Shown piece by piece: positions 52,701 through 63,995 of a stretch of DNA of 64,000 nt. Numbering within the stretch: the first letter of the stretch is position 1; every line of letters begins with the position of its first letter. The translations under genes were made by a program, and so were the position numbers. This DNA is from Macrostomum lignano (Eukaryota). Under the pieces are notes generated by a model that saw only the letters and a program-made list of their open reading frames with translations, was not told where the DNA came from and made no database searches. Where the stretch lies: the NCBI GenBank assembly GCA_002269645.1, contig NIVC01000340.1, positions 62,001-126,000 on the forward strand, written 5' to 3'.

Positions 52701-54656
52701 AACCCTTGCTGTACAACACTGTCTAAACCCTTGATGTACACCCCTGTCTGAACCCTTGCTGTACACCCCTGTCTAAACCCTTGCTGTACACCCCTGTCTG
52801 AACCCTTGCTGTACACCCTTGTCTGAACCCTTGCTGTACAACACTGTCTGAACCCTTGATGTACACCCCTGTCTAAACCCTTGCTGTACACCCTTGTCTA
52901 AACCCTCTGCTTTACACCCCTGTCTGAACCCTTGATGTACACCCCTGTCTAAACCCCTGCTGTACACCCCTGTCTAAACCCCTGCTGTACACCCCTGTCT
53001 AAACCCCTGCTGTACAACCCTGTCTGAACCCTTGCTGTACACCCATGTCTAAACCCCTGCTGTACAACCCTGTCTGAACCCTTGATGTAAACCCCTGTCT
53101 AAACCCTCTGCTGTACAACACTGTCTGAACCCTTTCTGTACACCCCTGTCTAAAGTACGCGATTCCCTGCAGTCATAATTTAAACAGCTGCGAACTCACG
53201 CTGAGAATTTCCGACTTGAAGCTGGACCGCAGCGCCGTCAGAAAGTCCGGCCGCACCTCCATCCCCGCCTGAATGAAGGCCCGGTTGGCCGACTGCAGGC
53301 TGCTGCTCAGCTTCGATGATGAGGCGGCATTGCCGGCTGGAATGGCCGAGCTCAGCATCCGGCCCAGACTCGATTCCAGCTGGGCCAGCGACTCCGCACT
53401 CAGCGGCTTCTGTCCGGGCTCGGACAGGCGCATCCCGGACACCAGCTGGTCCAGCGTCTGCTTCCGGGCGCCGGGCAGAATCATGCTGAGCGTGGCGAAT
53501 ATCGAGATGGGCGACAGCAAGAAGTTCCGGCCTGGATTGGGATTTGTGTGATTTAGAATGGGGATTAGTGTGATTGGGATAGGGATTTGTGTGATTGAAA
53601 TTGGGTGTTGTGTGATTGGGATGGGGATTTGTGTGATTGGGATGAGGATTTGTGTGATTGGGATGGGGATTCGTGTGATTGGGATGGGAATTTGTGTGAT
53701 TGGGATGGGGAGTGGTGTGATTAGGATGGGGATTTGTGTGATTGAAATGGGGATTTGTGTGATTGGGATGGGGATTTGTGTGATTGGAATGGGGATTTGT
53801 GTGATTGGGATGGGGATTCGTGTGATTGAAATGGGGATTTGTGTGATTGGTAGGGGGGTTTGTGTGATTGAGATGGGGATTTGTGTGATTGGGATGGGGA
53901 TTTGTGTGATTGGGATGGCGATTTGCGTGATTGGTATGGGGGTTTGTGTGTTGAGATGGGGATTTGTGTGATTGGTATGGGGGTTTGTGTGATTGAGATG
54001 GGGATTTGTGTGATTGGGATGGGGATTTGTGTGATTGAGATGGGGATTTGTGTGATTGGAATGGGAATTTGCTTGATTGGTTTGGGGATTGTGTGATTGG
54101 GATGCGGATTTGTGTGCTTGGGATGGCAATTTGTGTGACTGGGATGGGGATTCATGTGATTGAGATGGGGATTTTTGTAAATTGGGATTCGGATTTGTGT
54201 GATTGAGATGGGGTGTTGTGCGACTGGGCTGAGGATTTGTGTGATTAGGATAAGAATTTGTGGGATTGATTTGGGGATTTGTGTGATTGAGATGGGGATT
54301 TGTGTAATTGGGATGGGGATTTGTGTGATTAGAATGGGGATTTGTGTGATAGAATGGGGATTTGTGTGATTAGGATGGGGATTTGTGTGATTAGGATGGG
54401 ATTTGTGTGATTGGGATGGGGATTTGTGTGATTGGTATGGGGGTTTGTGTGATTGAGATGGGTTTTTTTGTGATTGGATGGGGATTTGTGTGATTGGGAT
54501 GGGGATTTGTGTGATTGAAATGGGGATTTGTGTGATTGGTATGGCGATTTATTCCATATCATAAGACCATATTATCAGGCATTCACCCGTGTTAGCTTCG
54601 GAAATCGCCCTGTAGAGATCCAATGCGAAGGCATTATGCGCGTTAAGTGGATCCAT
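47552..54656 (-). CDS. Serpin A (intracellular-type serine protease inhibitor), 5 exons, 406 aa, predicted P1-P1' Arg-Met
   Basis: Exons 54656-54587, 53531-53200, 50386-50236, 49077-48761, 47902-47552; phases consistent, 1221 nt. Motifs: [48 protein letters not shown], hinge [33 protein letters not shown]. No signal peptide. Confidence 0.9.
49120..50218. repeat. Serpin A intron-3 microsatellites: mixed (GTCT)/(GT) followed by a perfect (CAGT)n of about 480 bp
   Basis: Seen directly. Confidence 0.97.
50480..53152. repeat. Serpin A intron-2 minisatellite, 25-bp unit ACACCCCTGTCT(G/A)AACCCTTGCTGT, with higher-order blocks
   Basis: Seen directly; identical pseudo-peptides recur at 51469, 51770, 52021, 52271 and 52572. 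Confidence 0.95.
51103..51400. mobile_element. 298-bp MITE, hAT-type, inserted in the intronic satellite
   Basis: 14-bp TIRs CATACATGCGCAAC / GTTGCACATGTATG (13/14 match) and a perfect 8-bp TSD CTTGCTGT (51095-51102 and 51401-51408). Confidence 0.85.
53535..54545. repeat. Serpin A intron-1 minisatellite, 21-bp unit GGGATGGGGATTTGTGTGATT
   Basis: The same unit fills intron 1 of serpins B and C. Confidence 0.95.
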
Positions 54657-55391
54657 TGTAGCAGAAAATTAAATCAAAGGGCTGAAAATTAAAGAAAAAT
54701 GTTTATTACACAGGAGTTGATCTTTTATTAGGTGCCGTCACCCTTCCCTGATTCTTCAGTGGGTCACTGCAACCCCTCTCTGACCGACTGATACTGCCTA
54801 ACTTCTTGAAAAAACTTAAAGGTAATTAGAAAACCGAAGAGCGTGAAGTGATCATTTATGATTATTCAAAGTAATGTTTATCAGTTAAACATGTTTTAAA
54901 CCTATAAAAAGATTAATAAAAACCAATAAGAGTATATAATGAAAGCACATAAAACGCATAAGAACTTCCTTGAAAGCGCATAAAACTTGATTTGCAAAAA
55001 AACCTGATAAAAAGTGCATTTTTATTGCAGAGCAGCCTATAAAAAAGACATATAGTGAAGTGACGATATATAACTATTATTAATAGCTCAGTGGCATCAA
55101 GCTGGAGTCGGTATGCACTACAAAGAACCATAGCAACATCAATTTCTTTGAATTAGACCTTAGCAACCGTACTGTGTAGCATTAGTTATAACCGGCATGA
55201 ACCTAGCAACCAGCTGAGCTGCTCTCATTTATGCCCTAGCAACCAGCTGAGCTGCTCTCATTTATGCCCTAGCAACCAACCTAGATTTTATTAGCGACAG
55301 TATTAAGCTCCATAGCAACCGCGTTGTTGACAGGCCCCTAACAACAGTCTTGAATGCCTCTCTGAACCCCAAAAGCCAGCCGTCAGCCAGC

Positions 55392-56383
55392 CTAAGCCCT
55401 GGGGTCGGTCACCCGGCCAAGGAAAATCGGCACATGACGCGACTGGCCGTCCTCGTCGACAACTTCGCGAACGACGCCAAAAATGAACGGCTGGTCGAAC
55501 TTGATCGATATCGGCTGATCGAAAGCCCCGGTAACTGAAACCCCGGCGGCGGTTGCCGCGGCACCTTCCGCTCCGAACTCGTCCCACTCGATAGCGGCTT
55601 GGTGAGCAAAGCTGCTGACAAACAGGTCACCAGGTGAGGAGGAGATGCCGCTGAGGTCAGCGTGGTCGGAGAACAGGCGGTCGATGCCCAGCTTGGGCAG
55701 GTAGGCGTCATTGGAGAGCTCAGCGAAGTTGCTCAGCTTCATCTGGGTGCGAGATGTTCAATTGGCGGGTTATGGGCGACTCTGACTACTATGTGAGTAG
55801 GCTGATGTCACATGCCATAGCACAGCCACATCAAGCATGTACATCAAGTATGTACATCGAGCATGTACATCGAGCATGTACATCAAGCATGTACATCACG
55901 CATGTACATAAGGCATGTACATCAAGCATGTACATCACGCATCTACATCAAGCATGTACATCAAGCAAGTGCAGCGCTACTTACCTTCGGCAGCTCCAGC
56001 TCGGCCTCCACCAGCTCGCCGGGGTCGCCGACCAGCCGCGCCCAGTCCTGCACCGTCAGCTTCGCCAGAATCTCGTCCAGTTGATGCCGCTGAGCTGGCA
56101 GCAGCGCAATCAGCGACAGCCGCTGGTCCTTGGTGTCGTTGAAGCCGAGGCGTACGCCAGTCAGCACATCTGGGATGGACAGAAGTCGCACCTGGCCAGT
56201 TCTGCGCATCGTCGGAACGGAGACGGCGGCTGAGGCGCTGAGTTCGAATCGAGCGTCAATTGTGGCTTCGGGATCGAATGGCTGAGTCCACTTGGCTGCG
56301 GGTGTTGGAGATGTCTGTCTGAGTGTCTGTCTGTCTGTCTGTGTGTCTGTCTTTCTGTCTGTCTGTCTGCCTGCCTGCCTGCC

Positions 56384-56442
<59 letters not shown>

Positions 56443-56455
56443 GTGTCTATCTGTG

Positions 56456-56492
<37 letters not shown>

Positions 56493-56495
56493 GCG

Positions 56496-56594
<99 letters not shown>

Positions 56595-56623
56595 GTATCT
56601 GTGTGTCTGTCTGTCTCTCTGTG

Positions 56624-56668
<45 letters not shown>

Positions 56669-56709
56669 GCGTGTCTGTCTGTCTGTCTGTCTGTCTGTGT
56701 GTGTGTGTG

Positions 56710-56768
<59 letters not shown>

Positions 56769-56777
56769 GTATCTGTG

Positions 56778-56836
<59 letters not shown>

Positions 56837-57989
56837 GTATGTGTCTGTCTGTCTGCCTGCCTGTCTGCCTATAGGCCTACAAAAACCTTTACCTTTAAAG
56901 TACACTGCATTGCACAGCAGAAAACGAGTCGAGGTACCAATTGAACCCATCTTTAAGAGTTCCGTGATCTTATCTTTAGTAGCGGTTGCTACCCTATTGT
57001 TGATACGAACGCGCTCAGTTTCTGGGTCACCACTGAAGTTAGCCTGGTGCAAAGTTAAAAGTAAATATAAAATGAATGTATTTACTAAACTAAATAGCAT
57101 TGGATTGTCTGATGAGATTCTAAAGAGATTATAGATAATTTTATTGCGTGACGTGCTCATTGGGATTTTTTGAAGTCAAATGTTTAAAAACCATTTTACA
57201 GTAACTCACTTTGTAAATCCACGAATTGAATTTGTAGTACACGGTGGAGAGGTAATGCGATTTCACCTTCATATCAGCTTCAATGAAAATCTTGTTTACT
57301 GACTTAAGGCTGTCGCTGGATACAGAGTGCAACATCCGGCCCAGACTCGATTCCAGCTGGGCCAGCGACTCCGCACTCAGCGGCTTCTGTCCGGGCTCGG
57401 ACAGGCGCATCCCGGACACCAGCTGGTCCAGCGTCTGCTTCCGGGCGCCGGGCAGAATCATGCTGAGCGTGGCGAATATCGAGATGGGCGACAGCAGGAA
57501 GTTCCGGCCTGGATTGGGATTTGTGTGATTGGGATTGGGGTTTGTGTGATTGGGATGGGGTGTTGTGTGATTGGTATGGGGATTTGTGTGATTGGGATGG
57601 GGAGTGGTGTGATTAGGATGGGGATTAGTGTGATTGGGATGGGGATTTGTGCGATTGGGATGGGGATTTGTGTGATCGAGATGGGAATTTGTGTGATTAG
57701 GATGGGGATTTGTGTGATTGGGATGGGGATTTGTGTGATTGGGATGGGGATTTGTGTGATTGGGATGGGGATTTGTGTGATTGGGATGGGGATTAGTGTG
57801 ATTGGGATGGGGATTTGTGTGATTGGGATGGGGTTCAAATGACATTATAATGACCAACTACTTTACAACAAAGACTGACTCACCAGGATTAACCTGAGCA
57901 TAGGCAGAGTGCAAGCTCAGTGCAAATGTATTATGAGCATAGATTGGCTCTATCAGGCCACCAGATTGCAATGCAGCAGCTGTAGCCAT
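55392..57989 (-). CDS. Serpin B (intracellular-type), 5 exons, 405 aa, predicted P1-P1' Thr-Gly
   Basis: Exons 57989-57884, 57508-57210, 57043-56893, 56295-55985, 55742-55392; 1218 nt; same intron phases as serpin A. Hinge [35 protein letters not shown]. Confidence 0.9.
55825..55965. repeat. Serpin B intron-4 short tandem repeat, about 13-bp GCATGTACATCAA
   Basis: Seen directly. Confidence 0.9.
56312..56870. repeat. Serpin B intron-3 (GTCT)/(GT) microsatellite
   Basis: Seen directly; same class as in serpin A intron 3. Confidence 0.97.
57512..57835. repeat. Serpin B intron-1 21-bp minisatellite
   Basis: GGGATGGGGATTTGTGTGATT copies. Confidence 0.95.
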
Positions 57990-59559
57990 GCTTCAGTAAA
58001 TATACTTGTAGTACTTGATACTCTTGTCTAGTCTAGAAATGAAATTAGAAATTAATTAAATAAAATTGTACTAGATCAAACATATCACTATATTTATTTT
58101 GAATTGATTCTAGCCTATGAGATTTGGATTTATTATAGATAGATATTAAACTTGTCTAGTTTGCAAGCATATAATATAAATGTCTCTTTAAAGCCCTACT
58201 ATGCCTCTACTATGCCTTTTATATAGGCATTTTGTATTTATATTTTATTGTATATATATATGATATACACAATATTATATATATTGTATATATACATGTT
58301 TTTAATAAGATGTTATGTTATTATTTTCATCATTATATTATTAAGTTAAGCTTTAAAAACTTTGTCTAATACTGATAATATCTAGGCTTTTTTATATGGT
58401 TTAACAAAAAATAACAAAACAAAATTAAAAATTTTAAGAATACTTACATAGTGAAGAACCTCTAGGCTAGCTTGAATTCTATTTTATTGTGTATATTATT
58501 GCTTTCAATGAGACTTGAGCAAAAAATCAAATGACTGGAATTAAATTTTGGCCAAATAAAAAGAAACACTCTGGTTTTATTTATAACAAGAATGGAAGAA
58601 ACTGATTACATAAGATATAATATTAGGCCTTAAATTATAAAGTGACAATGACATCATGGCTTAACAAATTTAAATGATACTGACTTCACTTCAGTTATGC
58701 AATATCAATTTGCTCCTGCCTAAAGCCAGTGGAAGCATAAGCCCAGGATAAAATCCGCTAATTGAGCGATGGAAAATCTGATGCGATTTCAATAGTCAAT
58801 AGAAAGCACGCAGTTTTTGTTCACGTGCCGATCACTGCGTTCAATCAAATGCTTCGTGCATGGCTATTTAAAAATTTAATTGTGCACGAAATGATTGTAT
58901 TGCACTTGGACTAAAATTGAGTAACAAATGAATCAACAAAAAATTACATTACAAACTGTATGACTGAAGAACAATTTCTACAATTGTCAATTAGCATGCC
59001 ACTCAAAGTCTAAGTTTGGAATACGTGTAGATTAAAACATTTTTATTGTCGGAGTTCCTAGAAATCGAAAATTAAAAGATTGATATTTTCAATTTCGCTT
59101 AGACGAATTGTACAACAAAAAGCATCAATTCAGTTTTTCCGAGCACAATGTCAAAATATTTAGATTAAAAGGAATGCTGTAGTGTTTTTAATGCCAACCA
59201 GTGTCTCTAAAAGTATTTAAAAGAGGACAGACAGATACTTGCATAACTATACTATACTACTTACTTAGTCTACTTTCATGGGTCGACCCATGCGCAGAGG
59301 AACAGCTTCAAGTTGCTCTTGAAGCTCAACCGAAGGAGGTTTTTCGATTAAATTCGAGCTAATAAGATTATTAGTTACAATCGTGTGATTGATGAGAGAA
59401 CTATTAGGTAAGCCACAAAATACTATAATTCCTGTGCAATACGAGCAAGAGCTAGCACATACATGTTACTTAATCTTGTACATCATGGGATGTGCGGAAA
59501 TGTAAGCAACTTGGAGTATGTTGGAGTGGACGCAAGCAAGTCTATATGATTTAGATTTT

Positions 59560-61240
59560 GCGCAGGTTCGAGTGAAATGCTAAAAGTTAGTGTGTGCATC
59601 TCGTCACCTTTAATTGCGCGGGCTGCAAGACAAAGCGTCAGGCGGGCGAAACGCCAGGAGCTGAGACTGGCGCAAATCGATCATGCGCTGGTTCGCACTC
59701 TCGAGCGCCGCCGCGTTAACAACATGCGACACCATGGCTCCACTTGCTCTCAGGCCAGACCATCGACCCTGTTCTGCGACTTGCCGCTCCACGACCAGCT
59801 CTACAGATCGCCAAAGCAGCGGCCACGGCGCTACTATCGCGCTCTGTTGGACACCCGCGTGAAGCGTCAATTCGCGGGCACCTTCGTCGGCGCGCTTGGA
59901 GACCTGCGCGAGGCGGAATATTTCGATCGACATCAGCACCGCCGTTAGAGCCGCTGCGGAACAGACGGTCCCGCTGATGCGGCCGGCGCAGAAATCGCTG
60001 CCCGTCTAGCACAGCGATCCGACAATTGTGGGCAGGCTGGGCTCAACATCGAGCGACTCCGCAGAAACCGGCGGCTCACCGGCGACGCTGAAGACGCGCT
60101 TGAGTCCTTTAAGATGAGCGGCAGCTGGCTGTTGTCGAAGATGCCGTCCGTTCCATCACTTCAGCCGGCCCAGACGTGAAGAGCCGCGCAGTGTGGACGG
60201 CCCTCCGGACTCTGACGGGTTGCAAAAAGCGTGGCGCTGAACCTGGCCCTGGAACCTGGCGACACCCCGGAGGAGCGCGGTAATGAATTGCGCGAATTCT
60301 TCCCCGCGGAATCGTGAACGCGCTCGCGTCGCCGCTGCCCGCTAATTTTGCGCTTTCACTGGACACGGCGCTCCAGTTGAGGAGGACTTCTGCACCAGCC
60401 CAGTCACCAGCCCCTCCCAGGTTACAGCCGTCATGAACCGCGTGCTCGCCGGCGCCCCCGCGCCCACCGAGTGGAACATCGCGCACATCGTGCCGATCCC
60501 GAAGAAGGTATAGACAACGCGGTAAGAAGACCATCGCGGAATCTCGCTGATCTCCTGCATCGCGAAGCTGTTCAACCGGCTGCTGCTCGATCGCCGGCAG
60601 TCGGTTCTGGACCCGAACTTGCGGTGCGAGCAGAACGGACTCCGGCCGCAACGCGGTACAGTGACACAGATTCTCGCACTCCGCCGTGTCGAGGAGGCGC
60701 GCATCCGCCAGTCTATACTGATCATTGTCTTCGTTGACTTTCAAAATGCGTTTGACTCGGTGTTGAGAGCCGCGCTTTCCTTTGTCCTTCGAGCCTACCG
60801 GGGCCGCAGCAGCTAATCGACGCTGTCATTTCGCTGTAGAGCGAAACGCTAGCGCCGTTCCTCTTCGTGCTGCTGCTGGACTGGGTACTTCGGACCGCAC
60901 TCCCCTCGGCTGACGACGGCTTCCTGCTGCGCAGACGCATCGAAACAGCGAAAAGCGCCTGAGCGTGCTTGGCTACGCAGATACGTGGACGCTGATGGCT
61001 ACGCTGGAGCGGCAGCTGGACTCGGCGCACTCAGGGCTGCTCCATTTAGTCGTTCCAGCTGACGAGAGCGTCAGGACCGAGGCCCTGTAGGATGGGGCCA
61101 AGCTGCAGCGCCCGTCCATCATCCTGCGCCGGCGGCGACTTCAGCTGGCAGGCCACGTGATCCGGGCCGAGGGCTACTGCCCCCAACCTATCCAGGACGT
61201 CCTGCTGCTCACCTTGTAGGGCCCGTTCAGCCGGGGTATT
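59560..61240 (+). mobile_element. Degenerate, 5'-truncated non-LTR retrotransposon (RTE-like LINE), reverse transcriptase region
   Basis: Frame-broken RT motifs: AHIVPIPKK, ISLISCIAKLFNRLLL, EQNGLRPQRGTVTQILALRR, IVFVDFQNAFDSV, LAPFLFVLLLDWVL, and C-terminal RRRRLQLAGHVIR (RTE-type RRLxWAGHVxR). Confidence 0.85.
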
Positions 61241-61283
61241 GCTGAGATGTCAAAACTCACAGGGGGATCGCTGAGATGTCGAT

Positions 61284-62345
61284 CGTTCTGTTCTTGAGTA
61301 GTTCGAGAGGGTTACATCTCATTACTGTAGGGGGGGGGGGGTTAAATTGCTACTCTTCTCTGCAACTAAAGTTGCGCTGTCTCTGCCTGTCTGTGCGATC
61401 GATAGTAGAAAAAACGGCTCAACCGATTTCTGCCAAACTTGCACCGTTCGATCAGAAATTTTTCCGTGACGGTACATGTTCAAGGGAGTAGAAAGGTAAA
61501 AAAACTGTTCTTACCGTATGCTTCATATGTATTTTTCTCGCAGTGAGAGCTCAACACGTCTATAGCAAGAGACTAAAGTTCAATTCTCGAGCTGATGCTA
61601 AAATAATTCCACCATTCCCCCAAGGGTGCTCGAGACTGAATGTGTGAATTTTTCTATTCTAATGAGTTGCAAATGGCCGGAAAACCTATTCAATGTTTTC
61701 GTGATGTGTACATGTAAATTAAGTTGAAATAAAAGCTTCAGTTTTCGACTCACGGGAGGAACTGCTGATGGGGAATGGCTGAGATGTCAGGGCTCACAGG
61801 GGAAGTCTTCCATGTAGCCTCTTCTATGAGCGGCATCATGTTAAACCACTGTAAAAAAGCGTCATGTAAGACATAAAATAAGGGTATAACAGACTTGCTT
61901 GGACAAGTGTAGGACTCGCGAATGAATTTGCACCATTCGATCAGAGAAATGGCTAAATTTCTCGATGCGAAAGGGATTAAATATCAGAAAAAGCATACTT
62001 TTTTGCAAAGGTCAAGCTTATTTTTCGTTTGAAGCATCCATGGCTCAATGCATCTGGGGCTCAATGCATCTGGGGCTCAATGCATCTGGGGCTCAATGCA
62101 TCTGGGGCTCAATGCATCTGGGGCTCAATGCATCTGGGGCTCAATGCATCTGGGGCAGTGACTGACGTGGAGAAGCCTTTAAACTATTGGCTCAGTAAAA
62201 TTATTATCTGCAATAATCTTAATACAGTTCTGTTCTTGAGAAGTTCGAGGGGTTTACCTCTAATTACTTCTTCCTCTAACTAAATTCCTCTAAGGTTGCG
62301 CTGTCTGTCTCTCTGTCTATGCGATCGATAATAGAAAAACTGGCT
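61284..62345. repeat. Pair of diverged direct repeats of about 130 bp (61284-61420, 62226-62345) with a DINE-1/HINE-like core, enclosing a 16-bp tandem array (62040-62157, GCTCAATGCATCTGGG)
   Basis: GTTCTGTTCTTGAG(T/A)AGTTCGAG...GTTGCGCTGTCT...GCGATCGATA(G/A)TAGAAAAA is present in both copies. Confidence 0.7.
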
Positions 62346-62771
62346 TGGACCACTGTTTGGGACCCACGAAGCAGGTCAATCGGACAGTTTAGGCAGACGC
62401 TAAATGTCGTATAAAAAAGATGACATAATATGCTCGCAATTAAATTTTGTCACGTTGCAACTTTTCCGCGAAGGTGACGTCAGACATAATTAGAAATTAG
62501 CTATAAAACCCCCAGTACCGAAGATGCGTACATGCAGCCATAATTATTTGACTGCTTCTGACAGAACTGCTACAGCCCAGCAAGAAAGCCGAAACCTTCA
62601 ACTGCGCTCCAATCAGTTGGCAAGTTCTCTTCATTTTTATATTTGTAATGTAATTGTTATAACCTTATGAATATAATTCTGTGGAAAAACAATTTCCATC
62701 CAACCATTTAAACAAAATTAATTTCCAGTCTAGACAAGAGTATAAAGTACTACAAGTATATTTACTGAAGC

Positions 62772-63995
62772 ATGGCTAGAGCTGCTGCATTGCAGTCTGG
62801 TGGCCTGATAGAGCCAATCTATGCTCACAATACATTTGCACTGAGCTTGCACTCTGCCTATGCTCAGGCTAATCCTGGTGAGTCAGTCTTTGTTGTAAAG
62901 TAGTTGGTCATTATAATGTCATTTGAACCCCATCCCAATCACACAAATCCCCATCCCAATCATACAAATCCCTATCCTAATCTCACAAATCCCCATCCCA
63001 ATCACACAAATCCCCATCTCAATCACACAAATCCCCATCCCAATCACACAAATCCCCATACCAATCACACAAACCCCTAATCACACAAATCCCCATTCCA
63101 ATCACGCAAATCCCATTCCAATCACACAAATTCCCATACCAATCACACAAACCCCTAATCACACAAATCCCCATTCCAATCACGCAAATCCCATACCAAT
63201 CACACAAATCCCCATTCCAATCACACAAATCCCAATCCTAATCACACAAATCCCCATTCCAATCACGCAAACGCAAATCCCCATACCAATCACACAAATC
63301 CCCATTCTAATCACACAAATCCCCATTCTAATCAAACAAATCCCCATTCTAAATTACACAAATCCCAATCCAGGCCGGAACTTCCTGCTGTCGCCCATCT
63401 CGATATTCGCCACGCTCAGCATGATTCTGCCCGGCGCCCGGAAGCAGACGCTGGACCAGCTGGTGTCCGGGATGCGCCTGTCCGAGCCCGGACAGAAGCC
63501 GCTGAGTGCGGAGTCGCTGGCCCAGCTGGAATCGAGTCTGGGCCGGATGTTGCACTCTGTATCCAGCGACAGCCTTAAGTCAGTAAACAAGATTTTCATT
63601 GAAGCTGATATGAAGGTGAAATCGCATTACCTCTCCACCGTGTACTACAAATTCAATTCGTGGATTTACAAAGTGAGTTACTGTAAAATGGTTTTTAAAC
63701 ATTTGACTTCAAAAAATCCCAATGAGCACGTCACGCAATAAAATTATCTATAATCTCTAGAATCTCATCAGACAATCCAATGCTATTTTAGTATTTAGTT
63801 TAGTCAATACATTCATTTTATATTTACTTTCAATTTTGCACCAGGCTAACTTCAGTGGTGACCCAGAAACTGAGCGCGTTCGTATCAACAATAGGGTAGC
63901 AACCGCTACTAAAGACAAGATCACGGAACTCTTGAAGATGGGTTCAATTGGTACCTCGACTCGTTTTCTGCTGTGCAATGCACTGTACTTTAAAG
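62772..63995 (+). CDS. Serpin C, a near-identical inverted duplicate of serpin B; exons 1-3 only, truncated by the window end
   Basis: Exons 62772-62877, 63374-63672, 63845-63995 (106, 299 and 151 nt, as in serpin B). The protein differs from B at only a few sites (T/R, V/A, V/L). Confidence 0.9.
62925..63370. repeat. Serpin C intron-1 21-bp minisatellite (AATCACACAAATCCCCATCCC)
   Basis: Same family as in serpins A and B. Confidence 0.95.
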
